Notes under the pieces: generated by a model | Told to the model about the DNA's origin: nothing | Seen by the model: the letters and a program-made list of their open reading frames with translations, nothing else | Databases searched by the model: none | Translations under genes and position numbers: made by a program | Shown: positions 8,806-19,110 of the stretch, in pieces | Layout of the letters: each line of letters opens with the position of its first letter | Position numbering within the stretch: the first letter of the stretch is position 1 | NCBI RefSeq assembly: GCF_000142905.1 | Contig: NW_013657679.1 | Coordinates: 510,114 to 573,547, forward strand | DNA: 63,434 bases | Direction of reading: 5' to 3' | Origin: Thecamonas trahens ATCC 50062 | Lineage: Eukaryota > Protista > Apusomonadida

Positions 8806-11800
8806 TCAGATGTTATCAAGCTCGAGCCCACCAGGCATGTCCAGAGCGATAAAGTCGGAAGCATCGGCTCGGCCGCCCTTGTCGGCCACAATCGACGTCG
8901 CAGTCTCAAACGCGTGGAGAAAGGCATGGGCGGCATTGTGCAGGCCGTCGTCGTCGGCCACGTCCATCATCTCGGTATCCATGGTCTTGGCAAAGAGGAT
9001 CCGCCGGTGCGCCGCGGCGACGTACGTCGCGTTGCGCTCGCACCAAAGGAGGTACACATCTCTGCCAAAGCCGTGGCAAGCGACGGCGACGAGGCTGACG
9101 ACGGCGACGATGGTGGCGACGGAAAACGCTGTCGTCGGCGTCCCGCTGCTGCGCTCAGCATACGCGCCGGTTCCGATGAGTAGAATGGCACAGAGGACGA
9201 CCGAGAGCCGGACGTCGAGGTCGTTGTACAGCGGGAAGTAATACGGTTGGCGCGTGCCCACAAAGTACAGCGCGGCGACAAAGATGCCAAAGAGTAATGC
9301 AATCTGCACCAGCTGTTGCCGAGAGAGGAAGGTGGTGACCACCACAATCGCAAGTCGCTTGCACAGTGAGAGCACCTCGCCGTAGTAGTGGTGCCGCCGG
9401 AAGTTGCGGTAGAGCGAGCCAAACCGGAGCGTCGTCGTCAGCTCGAACAGCACCGTCCGCTTGCGAACGAGCATCATTGCAAAGTACAGCGGGAGGCCAA
9501 GGACAAAGCCAAAGATGGCAACGATGCCGAGCGGAAAGATGCGCCACCATTTAGCGTCGAAACACTTGACGCCAACGTCCGAGTCGAGGACAATTGAGCC
9601 GTCAGGAAGGATCACGCAGTCAAAGAGCGCCAGCGCGGCGCGCGCAATCGGAATGTAGAGCACCGGTGCGAGCGTAAAGATGACAGAGTCGACAAGCGAC
9701 CGCAGAGGGATTTGTCCGGTCCCGCCAAACAGCGGGATGTGGACAAAGTGCGCTGCCAGCCGAAGCGCGAGATTGACCAAAAGTGCAATGCCGAGCATGG
9801 CGATCGGCGTCGCAACGGAGACCACATACAGCGTGTGATACGTTGCAACAGCGCATTCGGCCGCCACAAGCTGCGGGTTGACCGAAAATGCGCCAAAGAT
9901 CGAGAGCACCGCGCTCGACGCCGAGTCCCACGCAAAGTTGGCCGAGCCGAGAATGTCCACAACCTGAAAGGCCACCACAATCATGCCGAGCGAGACCGGA
10001 AGCGTCCGCTGCCGAAAAAGGACCAGAAGGAGCTGTCGCGCACGCTGCTCCGACGTCACCGAGCCTGAGCATGCCAACGTGTACGCCTCGTTGACCTTGG
10101 TGACCCGCGTCACGGACCACGCCACAAACAATCCTCCCAGACTTGCCACTACAATCAGGATGGCCATGCCCGAGACAAAAACCGAGTTGGCAGACTTGGG
10201 GCACGTCGCACACTCGGTGTCCGACAACGAGTAGAAGCCATTCTGGCACGTCCCGCAGAGAAAGCCGGTGTATCCGTCGCGGCACCGGCCGTTGCCAAGA
10301 CACCCGGCTCGGGTGCACTCCAGGAACCGGCCTGAGCCCGCCGGGTGTTCGTAGAAGCCCGGCAGTGACTGGGGATGACTCAGCCCACCGAGGCAAGTCG
10401 CGCCGCGCGGACAGCTCTCGCACGGCGCGTTGGCCCGATGCCCTCGACTCGTCAGCCACGTCCCGACCACACAGGTGCAGTTCCGCCAGCTCGACGACGC
10501 CTCGGGCGCGTTCGTCAGCCCCGGACACTGTGTGCACTCGGTCACCGTGCTCGTCACGTTGCGGCCGTACGTCCCCTCCTCGCATGCAACGCATTGCGAG
10601 CCGGCAACCTTAAAACCCGGCGGACAGTCGACGTCGACAACAACCGAAAATGGCGAGCCTGGAAGCTCCTCACCGAAGAGCGAGATATCCATCGAATACG
10701 CTTGCGCTACAGTGAACTGGACCGAAATGACCACCTGCGTCGGCGAGCCCGACACTATCAAAGTCATCAAATCGGTCACTGCAGGCGTAAACAAGACTGA
10801 GACTTGCGACGCAGGCATTGGATACATCGCAGGCGTTCCGTCGGCAAACGCCAGGTCCACCACAAACTCTGTCCGCTCAGCAGTTTGGCCGTGGAGAAAA
10901 GCCGCATTCAGCAACGCAGATTGGCTCGCTGCCGGCTGCTTGTTGAGAAACGACCCAATGTATCCGTTGTCTAGTTTTGTGCCAAACACAATGTCCAGCC
11001 CGCCGTGTCCATCAACGTCCACCAGGTTCATAGCGCTGACTGTTACGTCTTGCCGCACCACTGTCGAGCTCCACACTGAGCCATCGCCAGCCACGTTTTC
11101 AAGCCACGCCAGTCCGGTCGTCACTTCTCGGAAGAGGACCACGTCTGAATCGCCGTCACCGTCCACATCAGTCACCCTCAATCCGACACTGCCAAACGCC
11201 GACGGTTCGATCACCGACGTGTTCCACACGGTCGCGCTTCCATCAACGTTGGTGTGGAGGAGAATTTGGGCAGAGATGAAGCTACCCGAGACGAGGTCGA
11301 CAAACCCATCAGCGTCCAGGTCTCCAGAGCTCACCGCAGTCACGAGGTTGAGACCGCTCGCCACGTTGACGCTAGTCCACGTGCTGCCATCGCCGTTGTT
11401 GAGCCAGGCCTGAACGCCATCGTCGGTGCCGAGAGCCGCAAACAAGTCCACGTCTCCATCATTGTTCAGGTCGGCCACTTTCAGCGCTGAAATGCGAATA
11501 CTGGTCGAGACGGTGGCCTGGCTCCAGCTTGAGCCGCTACCAGCGTTAAAAAAGACAGCAGCGATCGGATCACTCGCCCCAGCCACCACGTCCAACTCTC
11601 CATCGCCGTCGATGTCCACCACCTCGAGCGCAACAGTCGCCCCAAAACTGGCGTTGAAGGTCTGGAGCGGCGAAAAGACAGACCCGAGATTCTCGAGCCA
11701 TCCAACTGCCACGCCAATACCCACAACAAGGTCGACATCGCCATCTCCGTCCAAGTCTCCCGCCGCCACTCCCACTACGTTGTTGTCGCTCAGGATCGGC

Positions 11801-12057
11801 ACCACCTCGGCCTGAGTCCCTGCATCCGCCAATCGGATCCACATCAGGCCTACCACCGACGCCACCACGACGTCGGTCACTCCATCGCCATCAACATCGG
11901 CGCCTACAATCGCCCGCGTACGACCGCCAAACCCGCTCGCTAGCTCCGCCTCTTTGGCGAACAACGTCGCTGGCGCAGATCCCGCCTCGACGCCTAGTGC
12001 TGCCAGTAGAACAACGGCAGTACAGACTGCCATCATGCATACTGATTTCTGTGTCAT
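8806..12057 (-). CDS. Receptor-like membrane protein: signal peptide, FG-GAP/VCBS repeats, Ig/filamin-like module, Cys-rich repeats, multi-pass TM region
   Basis: Hydrophobic N-terminus; about 7 DxDGDGxxDxV repeats; GSPFSV filamin-like motif; CPPGF/CEEGTY/CPRGATC repeats; many hydrophobic segments and an RFGSLY motif in the C-terminal half. 1083 aa, intronless. Confidence 0.85.
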   Translation of the reverse strand: MTQKSVCMMAVCTAVVLLAALGVEAGSAPATLFAKEAELASGFGGRTRAIVGADVDGDGVTDVVVASVVGLMWIRLADAGTQAEVVPILSDNNVVGVAAGDLDGDGDVDLVVGIGVAVGWLENLGSVFSPLQTFNASFGATVALEVVDIDGDGELDVVAGASDPIAAVFFNAGSGSSWSQATVSTSIRISALKVADLNNDGDVDLFAALGTDDGVQAWLNNGDGSTWTSVNVASGLNLVTAVSSGDLDADGFVDLVSGSFISAQILLHTNVDGSATVWNTSVIEPSAFGSVGLRVTDVDGDGDSDVVLFREVTTGLAWLENVAGDGSVWSSTVVRQDVTVSAMNLVDVDGHGGLDIVFGTKLDNGYIGSFLNKQPAASQSALLNAAFLHGQTAERTEFVVDLAFADGTPAMYPMPASQVSVLFTPAVTDLMTLIVSGSPTQVVISVQFTVAQAYSMDISLFGEELPGSPFSVVVDVDCPPGFKVAGSQCVACEEGTYGRNVTSTVTECTQCPGLTNAPEASSSWRNCTCVVGTWLTSRGHRANAPCESCPRGATCLGGLSHPQSLPGFYEHPAGSGRFLECTRAGCLGNGRCRDGYTGFLCGTCQNGFYSLSDTECATCPKSANSVFVSGMAILIVVASLGGLFVAWSVTRVTKVNEAYTLACSGSVTSEQRARQLLLVLFRQRTLPVSLGMIVVAFQVVDILGSANFAWDSASSAVLSIFGAFSVNPQLVAAECAVATYHTLYVVSVATPIAMLGIALLVNLALRLAAHFVHIPLFGGTGQIPLRSLVDSVIFTLAPVLYIPIARAALALFDCVILPDGSIVLDSDVGVKCFDAKWWRIFPLGIVAIFGFVLGLPLYFAMMLVRKRTVLFELTTTLRFGSLYRNFRRHHYYGEVLSLCKRLAIVVVTTFLSRQQLVQIALLFGIFVAALYFVGTRQPYYFPLYNDLDVRLSVVLCAILLIGTGAYAERSSGTPTTAFSVATIVAVVSLVAVACHGFGRDVYLLWCERNATYVAAAHRRILFAKTMDTEMMDVADDDGLHNAAHAFLHAFETATSIVADKGGRADASDFIALDMPGGLELDNI

Positions 12058-12625
12058 AGTTGCACCGCTTGCAACCTCTGTACTCTGTCGGATAAACGCA
12101 CCTCACGGGTGAGTCCTCAGCAGCCGCATATTGGATTCAGCGTCTGCCAGCCGAAATTGACAGGGACCAACCGATCCACAGCCTTCCCCTCCCCCCCCCC
12201 TCCTTCCCCCTCCTCCCCCTCCTCCTCCCTCCCTTCTTCATTCCCCCCTCCTCTCTCCCCCCCCTCTCTCCCTTCCCTTCCCCTATTCCTCTTCTTTCCC
12301 CGTCCTCCAACTGCAGTACCACGTACACGTGAACAAGCGCCTCTCCCCCACGAGACAGTTGTGTCCAGCCCCCCCCCCCCCCTGCACCACGCAAATAGCA
12401 TATTTATTCGTTGATGTCATCCACCCCTCCCCCCCCCCCCCCCTCCCCCCCTTCCCTGTCCAAAAATATTTTAACGTCAATACTTGCACCCCCCATCGCA
12501 AGTCGCGCATTGGCTCGCCAACTGTGCCCTCTCCACCACCGTTCTGCGACTCGGCTTGCCGACTTGACCCGCACCCTCTCACCGTCACCTTGGGCCGAGG
12601 AGATCTGAGCACACTCGTCTCTGCT

Positions 12626-13998
12626 ATGGAGTCCGCCACACAGGTTGCGAGCCCCGGACGGAACGACGGCCGCCTCAAGCGGCGCAGGTCGGCGTTGTCG
12701 TTGGCCCCGCTTGGCGCCGCCCTGCCGGCCGGTCCTAGCGGCGGAGATGGTTCTGCAGCCACGGCGACCGCTGACTCGGGAGCCACGACCAGCACAGGGA
12801 AGGCCAACACCATGGCGCCGCAGCCCGACACGCTCGTTGTCGGCCTCTCGCCACTCTCGGCCGCCGACGCCGCCGCCAAGCTCCTCGGCCTACACAAGGT
12901 CTACCATACGGCGCCGGCCCACGCCGATGCCAACGACGACGCCACAGCCGCGGGTGCCGGACCTGCCAAGCGGCGCAAGTTCACGGCGCGGCCTGCGCTG
13001 CCGATCCAAGCGCGGGCGCTGGCGACCTCGACGTCGGACGAGGACTCGTCGGACGACGACGAGAATGTGTATGGGTCGGCGACGGCGGCGGCGGCGGCGG
13101 CGGCGGCGGCAGCGGAGATCCGCCCGGGCTCGCGCTCGTTTGCGCACTCGTCCGAGCCTCCACTGTTCGGGGTGAGCCTCGCAGCTGATACCCGGCACTC
13201 CAAGTCTGCGCTGCTGCAGCGGCCCAACGTGACGCTGCGTGAGGGCGTCGAGCTCTTGCCGCCTGCCGAGGTGCCCAAGTGCCAGCCCGAGGACGTCGCG
13301 GCGCTGCTGACCAAGCACGAGCGCAAGGCCGCTGCCAAGCTCTACCGCAAGCACATCCGCAAGATCCGTCGCCGGAACAACGATATGTCGGCCAAGTGTG
13401 CGTCGGCGCGCGCCGCCGCCGCTTCGGCCGCCGCTTCGGCCGCCGCTTCGGCCGCCGCTTCGGCCGCTGCAGTCGTCACCGCCTCCCGTGCCCTCGCTGA
13501 TGAGGCCGCGGCGTCGACTGTCGACACCGCTACACTCAGCCGGGCCCGCAAGGCCTCGCGCGTTCGCCGCCGTGTCTCGTCTGACGACGACGAATCTGAG
13601 TCGGATGATGACGACGACGTTCCCGCCGCTGCCAAGCGCGGCAAGGGCCTCCACGGCGCTCGCACTGCCAGGCACCCCCCACTGCCTCGGCCGGCTCCGC
13701 CTCGGGCGGTCTTACCCCGGCCGCTGAAGCCGCCCTCGCCATGCCGCCTGTTCCGGTCCCGGCCTCGCCGCCGGCCTTTTGCGGCTCGCCGAGCGACGAG
13801 CCGCCGCTGCTCTTCACCCTCGACCAAGTCTCCAACCTCATGGACCGCATGCTCGCCGACTACGACTACAAGCTCCGGGCCCAGTATTCCGAGCTCGCCC
13901 ACGACCGCATCCAGGAGCGCTTCCAGTTCCTCTCCGAGTTTAACCGCGAGCTGCACGTCAACCGCTACGCCTCCTCGGTCCCATCGTACATCAACTGA
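12626..13998 (+). CDS. AKIRIN: Akirin homolog (apparent frameshift near 13675-13680)
   Basis: N-terminal LKRRRS...PAKRRKF NLS-like motifs. The C-terminus, in another frame, reads LFTLDQVSNLMDRML...LRAQYSELAHDRIQERFQFLSEFNRE...YASSVPSYIN*, paralleling Akirin LFTxRQV...SYVS. One extra C in the C6 run joins the frames. Confidence 0.8.
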
Positions 13999-14149
13999 TC
14001 GCCCCCCACCACCCTACCCTACCACCCATTTTACCAACCTGCCTCAATCTCTAAACCTCCACCATCCTCATCACCAGCTCCGTCTCCTCCCGCCCCGCCT
14101 CTACGCCTTCTTTGTCTCGTTCTACAAGGCCTACCCGCCAGTACAACTT

Positions 14150-14413
14150 NNNNNNNNNNNNNNNNNNNNNNNNNNNNNNNNNNNNNNNNNNNNNNNNNNN
14201 NNNNNNNNNNNNNNNNNNNNNNNNNNNNNNNNNNNNNNNNNNNNNNNNNNNNNNNNNNNNNNNNNNNNNNNNNNNNNNNNNNNNNNNNNNNNNNNNNNNN
14301 NNNNNNNNNNNNNNNNNNNNNNNNNNNNNNNNNNNNNNNNNNNNNNNNNNNNNNNNNNNNNNNNNNNNNNNNNNNNNNNNNNNNNNNNNNNNNNNNNNNN
14401 NNNNNNNNNNNNN
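14150..14413. other. Assembly gap
   Basis: N run. Confidence 1.
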
Positions 14414-14497
14414 TCTCCCCCCACCACCACCTCACCTCACCCTCACCACTCTCCCCACCCTCCACCACTCCATGGCTACGGCTGCCCACACCGTACC

Positions 14498-17400
14498 ATG
14501 GCCCCTCCGGACCCCCCCGCTGTCTACACAGTGCGGGCATCTGCAGGCGGGGCCGTCTCCACCAAGCGCGCCGCGTCGTCAGCGGTGGCCTCGGCCGCCG
14601 GCACCGTCACCCTCACCCCACCGGCCCTCGCTGGCGCACACACCTTCCTCCTCGCCCCTCTCTCACTCCGCGTCCCGCCGCTGCTTGACTCGGCTGCAGA
14701 GCTTGATGCTGTCCTCGACGCCCATCCGGATGCCCAGCTCGTGGTGGTCCATGTTGACGCCTCGGCGCCCGACCCGGTCGAGTCAGAGCTTGTCGTCCAT
14801 CCGGCCTGCAGCTCGCTCGTGGGCCCCGATACCATTGTCCGTGCTCACCTCGACGACGTGCTGCTCGTCGAGCTTGTTCTTCGTGACGCCTTTCGTGCTC
14901 CTGCGCCGGTGGCCTCGGCCTCGGCGGCTGGCATAGTGGTCTCGGCGGCGCCAGCCACCCCACTGATCTCGGCTCTGGCCACTCACCGCGCCTCCCGCGC
15001 ATCGAATGGGTTGCAGCCTCGGAGACACTGGCTCCGACACACGGTGAGGGCATGCTACTCCTACGTCTCGTGGCTGATGTCTCGGGCGACTTTGAGATCT
15101 TTGCCACCATCGGAGGCGTCCCGCTCGCCACGCCACCCGTCGTTGTCTCCATCGTTCCTGGCCCGCTCTCGCCGCCGCACTGTGCGTTCTGGATGCTCGA
15201 GGCTGCTGATGAAGTCACTGCTGGGAGCCAGGTCCTTGTCGCTGCCCGCGCCACAGACGCTGCCGGCAATGTCTTCTCGCCACTCGCCCAGCACCCGCGA
15301 GTCGCCGCCGAGGTCCTTGGCCGCCTTGAAGTCTCTGCCACTACCACCGCGCGCAACGGCCGGAGCCAGTCGCTCGTTGCAGTCCCGCTCTCGCCATCGT
15401 CCGACTTTGCCAAGCAGCATCCGCAGACCTTTGTCTTTGCTCTGACTCCGACGCTGGCCGGCACCCTCACGCTCTCGGCGCGCATCGACAAGGCCCAGGC
15501 TGCTGTGGAGCCGCCGACGACCGTCTCCATCGTGGCTGACAAGGCTGTTCCCTGCTCCGGCAGCGTCGTCGGCGACGGCCTCGCCGCCGCCGTCGTCAAC
15601 CGGGTGGCTTCGGTCGAGCTCGCCCTCCACGACCGCTTCGGAAACGTCGCGCCTTTGCCGAGCGACACCCCGCTCCCGCTCGCCATCACCTTTTCTCCGC
15701 TCCGGTCTGCCACCCTTCCGCCGCTCCCACCTCTAGCCGTTCGTACCGTCGCCTCGGTCGATACTCTCACCGCCTCTCGCCGGACAGACCGCAGCTCAGT
15801 CGAGGTTTGCGTCGAGCGCTCGCCAAACGCCTCTACCGTTCTCCTCGCCTACCGCTGCCTTGCTGCTGGCGAGTTTGAGGTCGAGCTTGTGCTCGGAGGC
15901 ATCCCAATGTTTGCCACGCCGCTTGTTGTCGAACTGGCTGTCGCGCCCGAGTCGCTCCGGTTCCGCTCGGCCTCGCTTGCAGCCCGCGCTTCGCCGGCCC
16001 CGCTCTCGCCGAAGCGCGGAGCGTCAGTCCCGCTGCTGGCGGCCGACCCCTCGCCGTACGCACTCGACTTTGAGCCTGCGCTCTCGTTTGCCGCCCTCGA
16101 CAATCTCGGCCCCCAACTCGCGGGCGCTGTTGTCGCCGTCGAGCTCCCGTTTGTTGATGCCTTTGGCAACAAGCTCGACGCCGAGCTTCCGGCCTCATGG
16201 GCTGTGGCCCAAGTCGCAATACTCGATGACACCATGAACCGGCTCGACAGGGTCTCGTTTGGTCTCGCCGACCGCTGCCTCCTTGTCAAGTTTGCACGCG
16301 CTGCTGCCGGCAGCATCAAGGCTCACCTCGAAGTCGTGCTCTCCTCGGGCATTGTACTCCGCCACACCTTTGCGCTCCGAGTGGTGGCTGGCGCCTTGGA
16401 TCCGAGCCACTGCGTCGTCGCTACCGCTAGTTCGGCTCCGCAAACGGTGGTCCTCTCGCTGGGCGACGCCTTTGGCAACGCGCTGGCGGTAGAGGCCGAC
16501 GGCGAGCTGCGCGCATCGCTGATGAAGCGCCTCCACGCCACCCTCCCTGCGCCGCTCCGACTCTCACCTTGGGCCCCCACCTCGGTGCCAGGTGTCCTCG
16601 CCGCCTCATACCGCCTTGCCGAGTCGCCAGCCACGCTTCCAGACGCGCCTGAGCTTGGCCTTCATATCGACGGCGTACCCGCAGTTGGCTCGCCGCTGGC
16701 CATCGCGCTCGCCGCCGCAAGCCTCGACCCTGCTGCGTCGCTGTTCCAGCTCGCACCGCAGCCACCCGAGCTCGTGGCTGGTCAAACAGTGAGCTTTGAG
16801 CTTAGCGGACTTGACACCGCCGGCAACGTCGCCGACGTGGCGGCGCCAGCCTACGGCGTCGCCATCAAGGTCGAGTGCCCGGACGGTTCAAGCTTGCAGC
16901 CTCAGCTTCAGGCCGGCGCTGTGTACGGCCGCGCCGAGGGCCACTTCACCACAGCTGTAGCCGGCCGCTACGCTGTCCACGCCAGTGTTGAAGGTGTGCC
17001 GCTTCCAGACTCGCCGCTCGTGCTCGACGTGGTGCCGGCGCCCGTCCATCGCATGATCTGGGCGCTGCCGGCCGACGTAGCCAGCGGTGGCCTGCCCGCC
17101 GGCGACGAGCTTGTTGTGGTCGCCACCTTTCGCGACACCTTTGACAACGAGCTGCCAGACGCAAGCAGCGTCAGCGTCGCGGGCACGCTCATCGCGATGG
17201 AGGATGGCTCCGAGGTTGGCGGGTAAGCGCGAGCATTGACGGGCCGCGACTCGTCATCCGCGCCACAGTCAACAGCATGGGCCGTTACGCGGTAGTGGTG
17301 GTTGTCGATGGCATCTCCCCCCACGACGGCCTCCATACACTGCCGTTTGTGGTCACAGCCGGAGCGCCATCTGCCGAGCACTTTGTCCTCTTTGGCCGCC

Positions 17401-18941
17401 CACCAGCTGGCACCATGGTGGCCGGTGAGGTTTTTGAGCTGCGGTTCACCGCTAACGACGCGTCCGGCAACGCGCTGCCTGGGCTCGCCAATGGCCAGCT
17501 CGCCTTTGAGTTTGTTGACGACGACGAGAACGATGCCGACTCGGCCGAGCTTGTGGAGCTGCCGGTGGGTGGCGACGTCGGCCCGGGCGCGTACCTTCTC
17601 CGGGCCTCGCCGCGCATCGCGTCCGACTACCAGGTCTCAGTCCTGGTCGGCGGGCGAACGGTGGTGCCGGCATGCCAGGTGGCCGTAAGCGTCCGTGCTG
17701 GCGCGCCCGACCCTTCCCGTGGCCGAATCCTCCGCAACTGGCCGGCTGGACAGGAGCTCGAGGCCGGTGCGCCGTGGTCGGTGGCCATTCTGGTCTGCGA
17801 CAAGTTTGACAACCCGGTCTCGATGCCCGACTCGGCGCTGGTGCTCGAGGCGGCCGACTCGGTGAGCGCGACACCGCTCGACGTGGCGCACACACTTCAG
17901 GCCAAGCGAGTCGGGGGCCAACCGGCGTACGTCGTCAATGCCACCTTTGTGGCTGCAGGTGGCTACACACTCAACATCCGGCTCGGCGCCGGCGGTCCAA
18001 TCGTGGCCGGCGCCACCTTTGTCGTCAACGTCGTTCCGCAGACCGAGCCCGAGTGGGGCAACTCGGAGCTCTTGAGCTCGCCGGCGTACCCGGAAGGCAT
18101 CCCGCTTGGCCATCCGGTGCCGGTGCCAGAGATGGAGGTGCCTGTCTTCCTCGGCGAGGAGCACAGCTATGTGTTCCAGCTCTACGATGCGTACTACAAC
18201 GTGCTCGAAGATTACAGCTGCAGCGAGACGGTGTTGAGCCGAGTCGTCGACATGTCGCTCGGGTCCGCGACCAGGGTTGTGGCTGTTGTCGAAGACGGCG
18301 TGCTCACTGTTGTGGTCCGGTTCGACGTCGCAGGCCCAACGTTCATCCGGCTGACTGCATGCAAGACCGACACACCGCTGGTCGACGAGGCCTACTCGGT
18401 CGGCATCGACTGGGCCAAGATGGTCGGCGAGATCCGGACCATGATCACCGAAGGCGACGTGCCAGCCAAGATGAAGGGCGTGGTCAAGGCCTACCAAATC
18501 ATGGACGACTACCCGGACGAGTCGCAGGTTGCCGAGCTCTATCGACTCATCACCGAGGCCTACGACTTTCTCGCCATCTGGACCTATGGCGCTGGCATTA
18601 TGGGTGATCGCCTCAAGGACCGCGGTGAACCCGAGGTTCTTGTCCAGTGCGTCAAGTCGCTCGTTGCCCGTGCGGCCGAGATGAAAAAGTCAACTCTCCA
18701 GCTCGTCTCGTACGTCATCGAAAACTACCTCGCCGCGCCTGTTGCTCTCCAGCAGCTGACCGAGGCTGAGGCGCGCAAGCTCGCGTCCAAGCTCAAGCGC
18801 TACACCATCCGCGTCCACCCCGATAAGGCCCGTTCACTCGGCATCGACGACCCCACCATCATGTCCGAGGTCTTTAACCGCGTCAACCTGACCAAGGACA
18901 CCATCAAGATGACCATCGATGCTGGCAAGTTCCGCAAGTAA
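14498..18941 (+). CDS. Filamin/Ig-like repeat protein with C-terminal J-domain-like region (two frame breaks, near 14958-14961 and 17221-17223)
   Basis: Repeated D(A/R)(A/F)GN, GxYxVxV and GSP(L/F) filamin-like motifs across ORFs 15052..17226 and 17277..18941. C-terminal KLKRYTIRVHPDK...SEVFNRVNLTKDTI. Joining the three segments is inferred. Confidence 0.75.
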
Positions 18942-19110
18942 ACCTGATGCCCCGCCTTGCCCCGCCTGTCTGTCCTTTCCTCGCCCGGGAATGTCCCGCC
19001 ATGGCTCGCTCTCGCCTTGCACCACTCCACTCCCCCCCCCCCCCCCCACACACACACAGGCACACCTTTTAAAGTGGTGCACCTGGTGGGCTGACGCAAG
19101 CGGGCTGGCC

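Noticed and set aside
14883-15016. Intron explaining the first filamin-gene frame break (ACTCAC at 14981, CAG at 15016)
   Set aside because: The only frame-compatible donors seen (GTGACG, GTGCTC) do not match the GTACG consensus. Disfavoured but not excluded.
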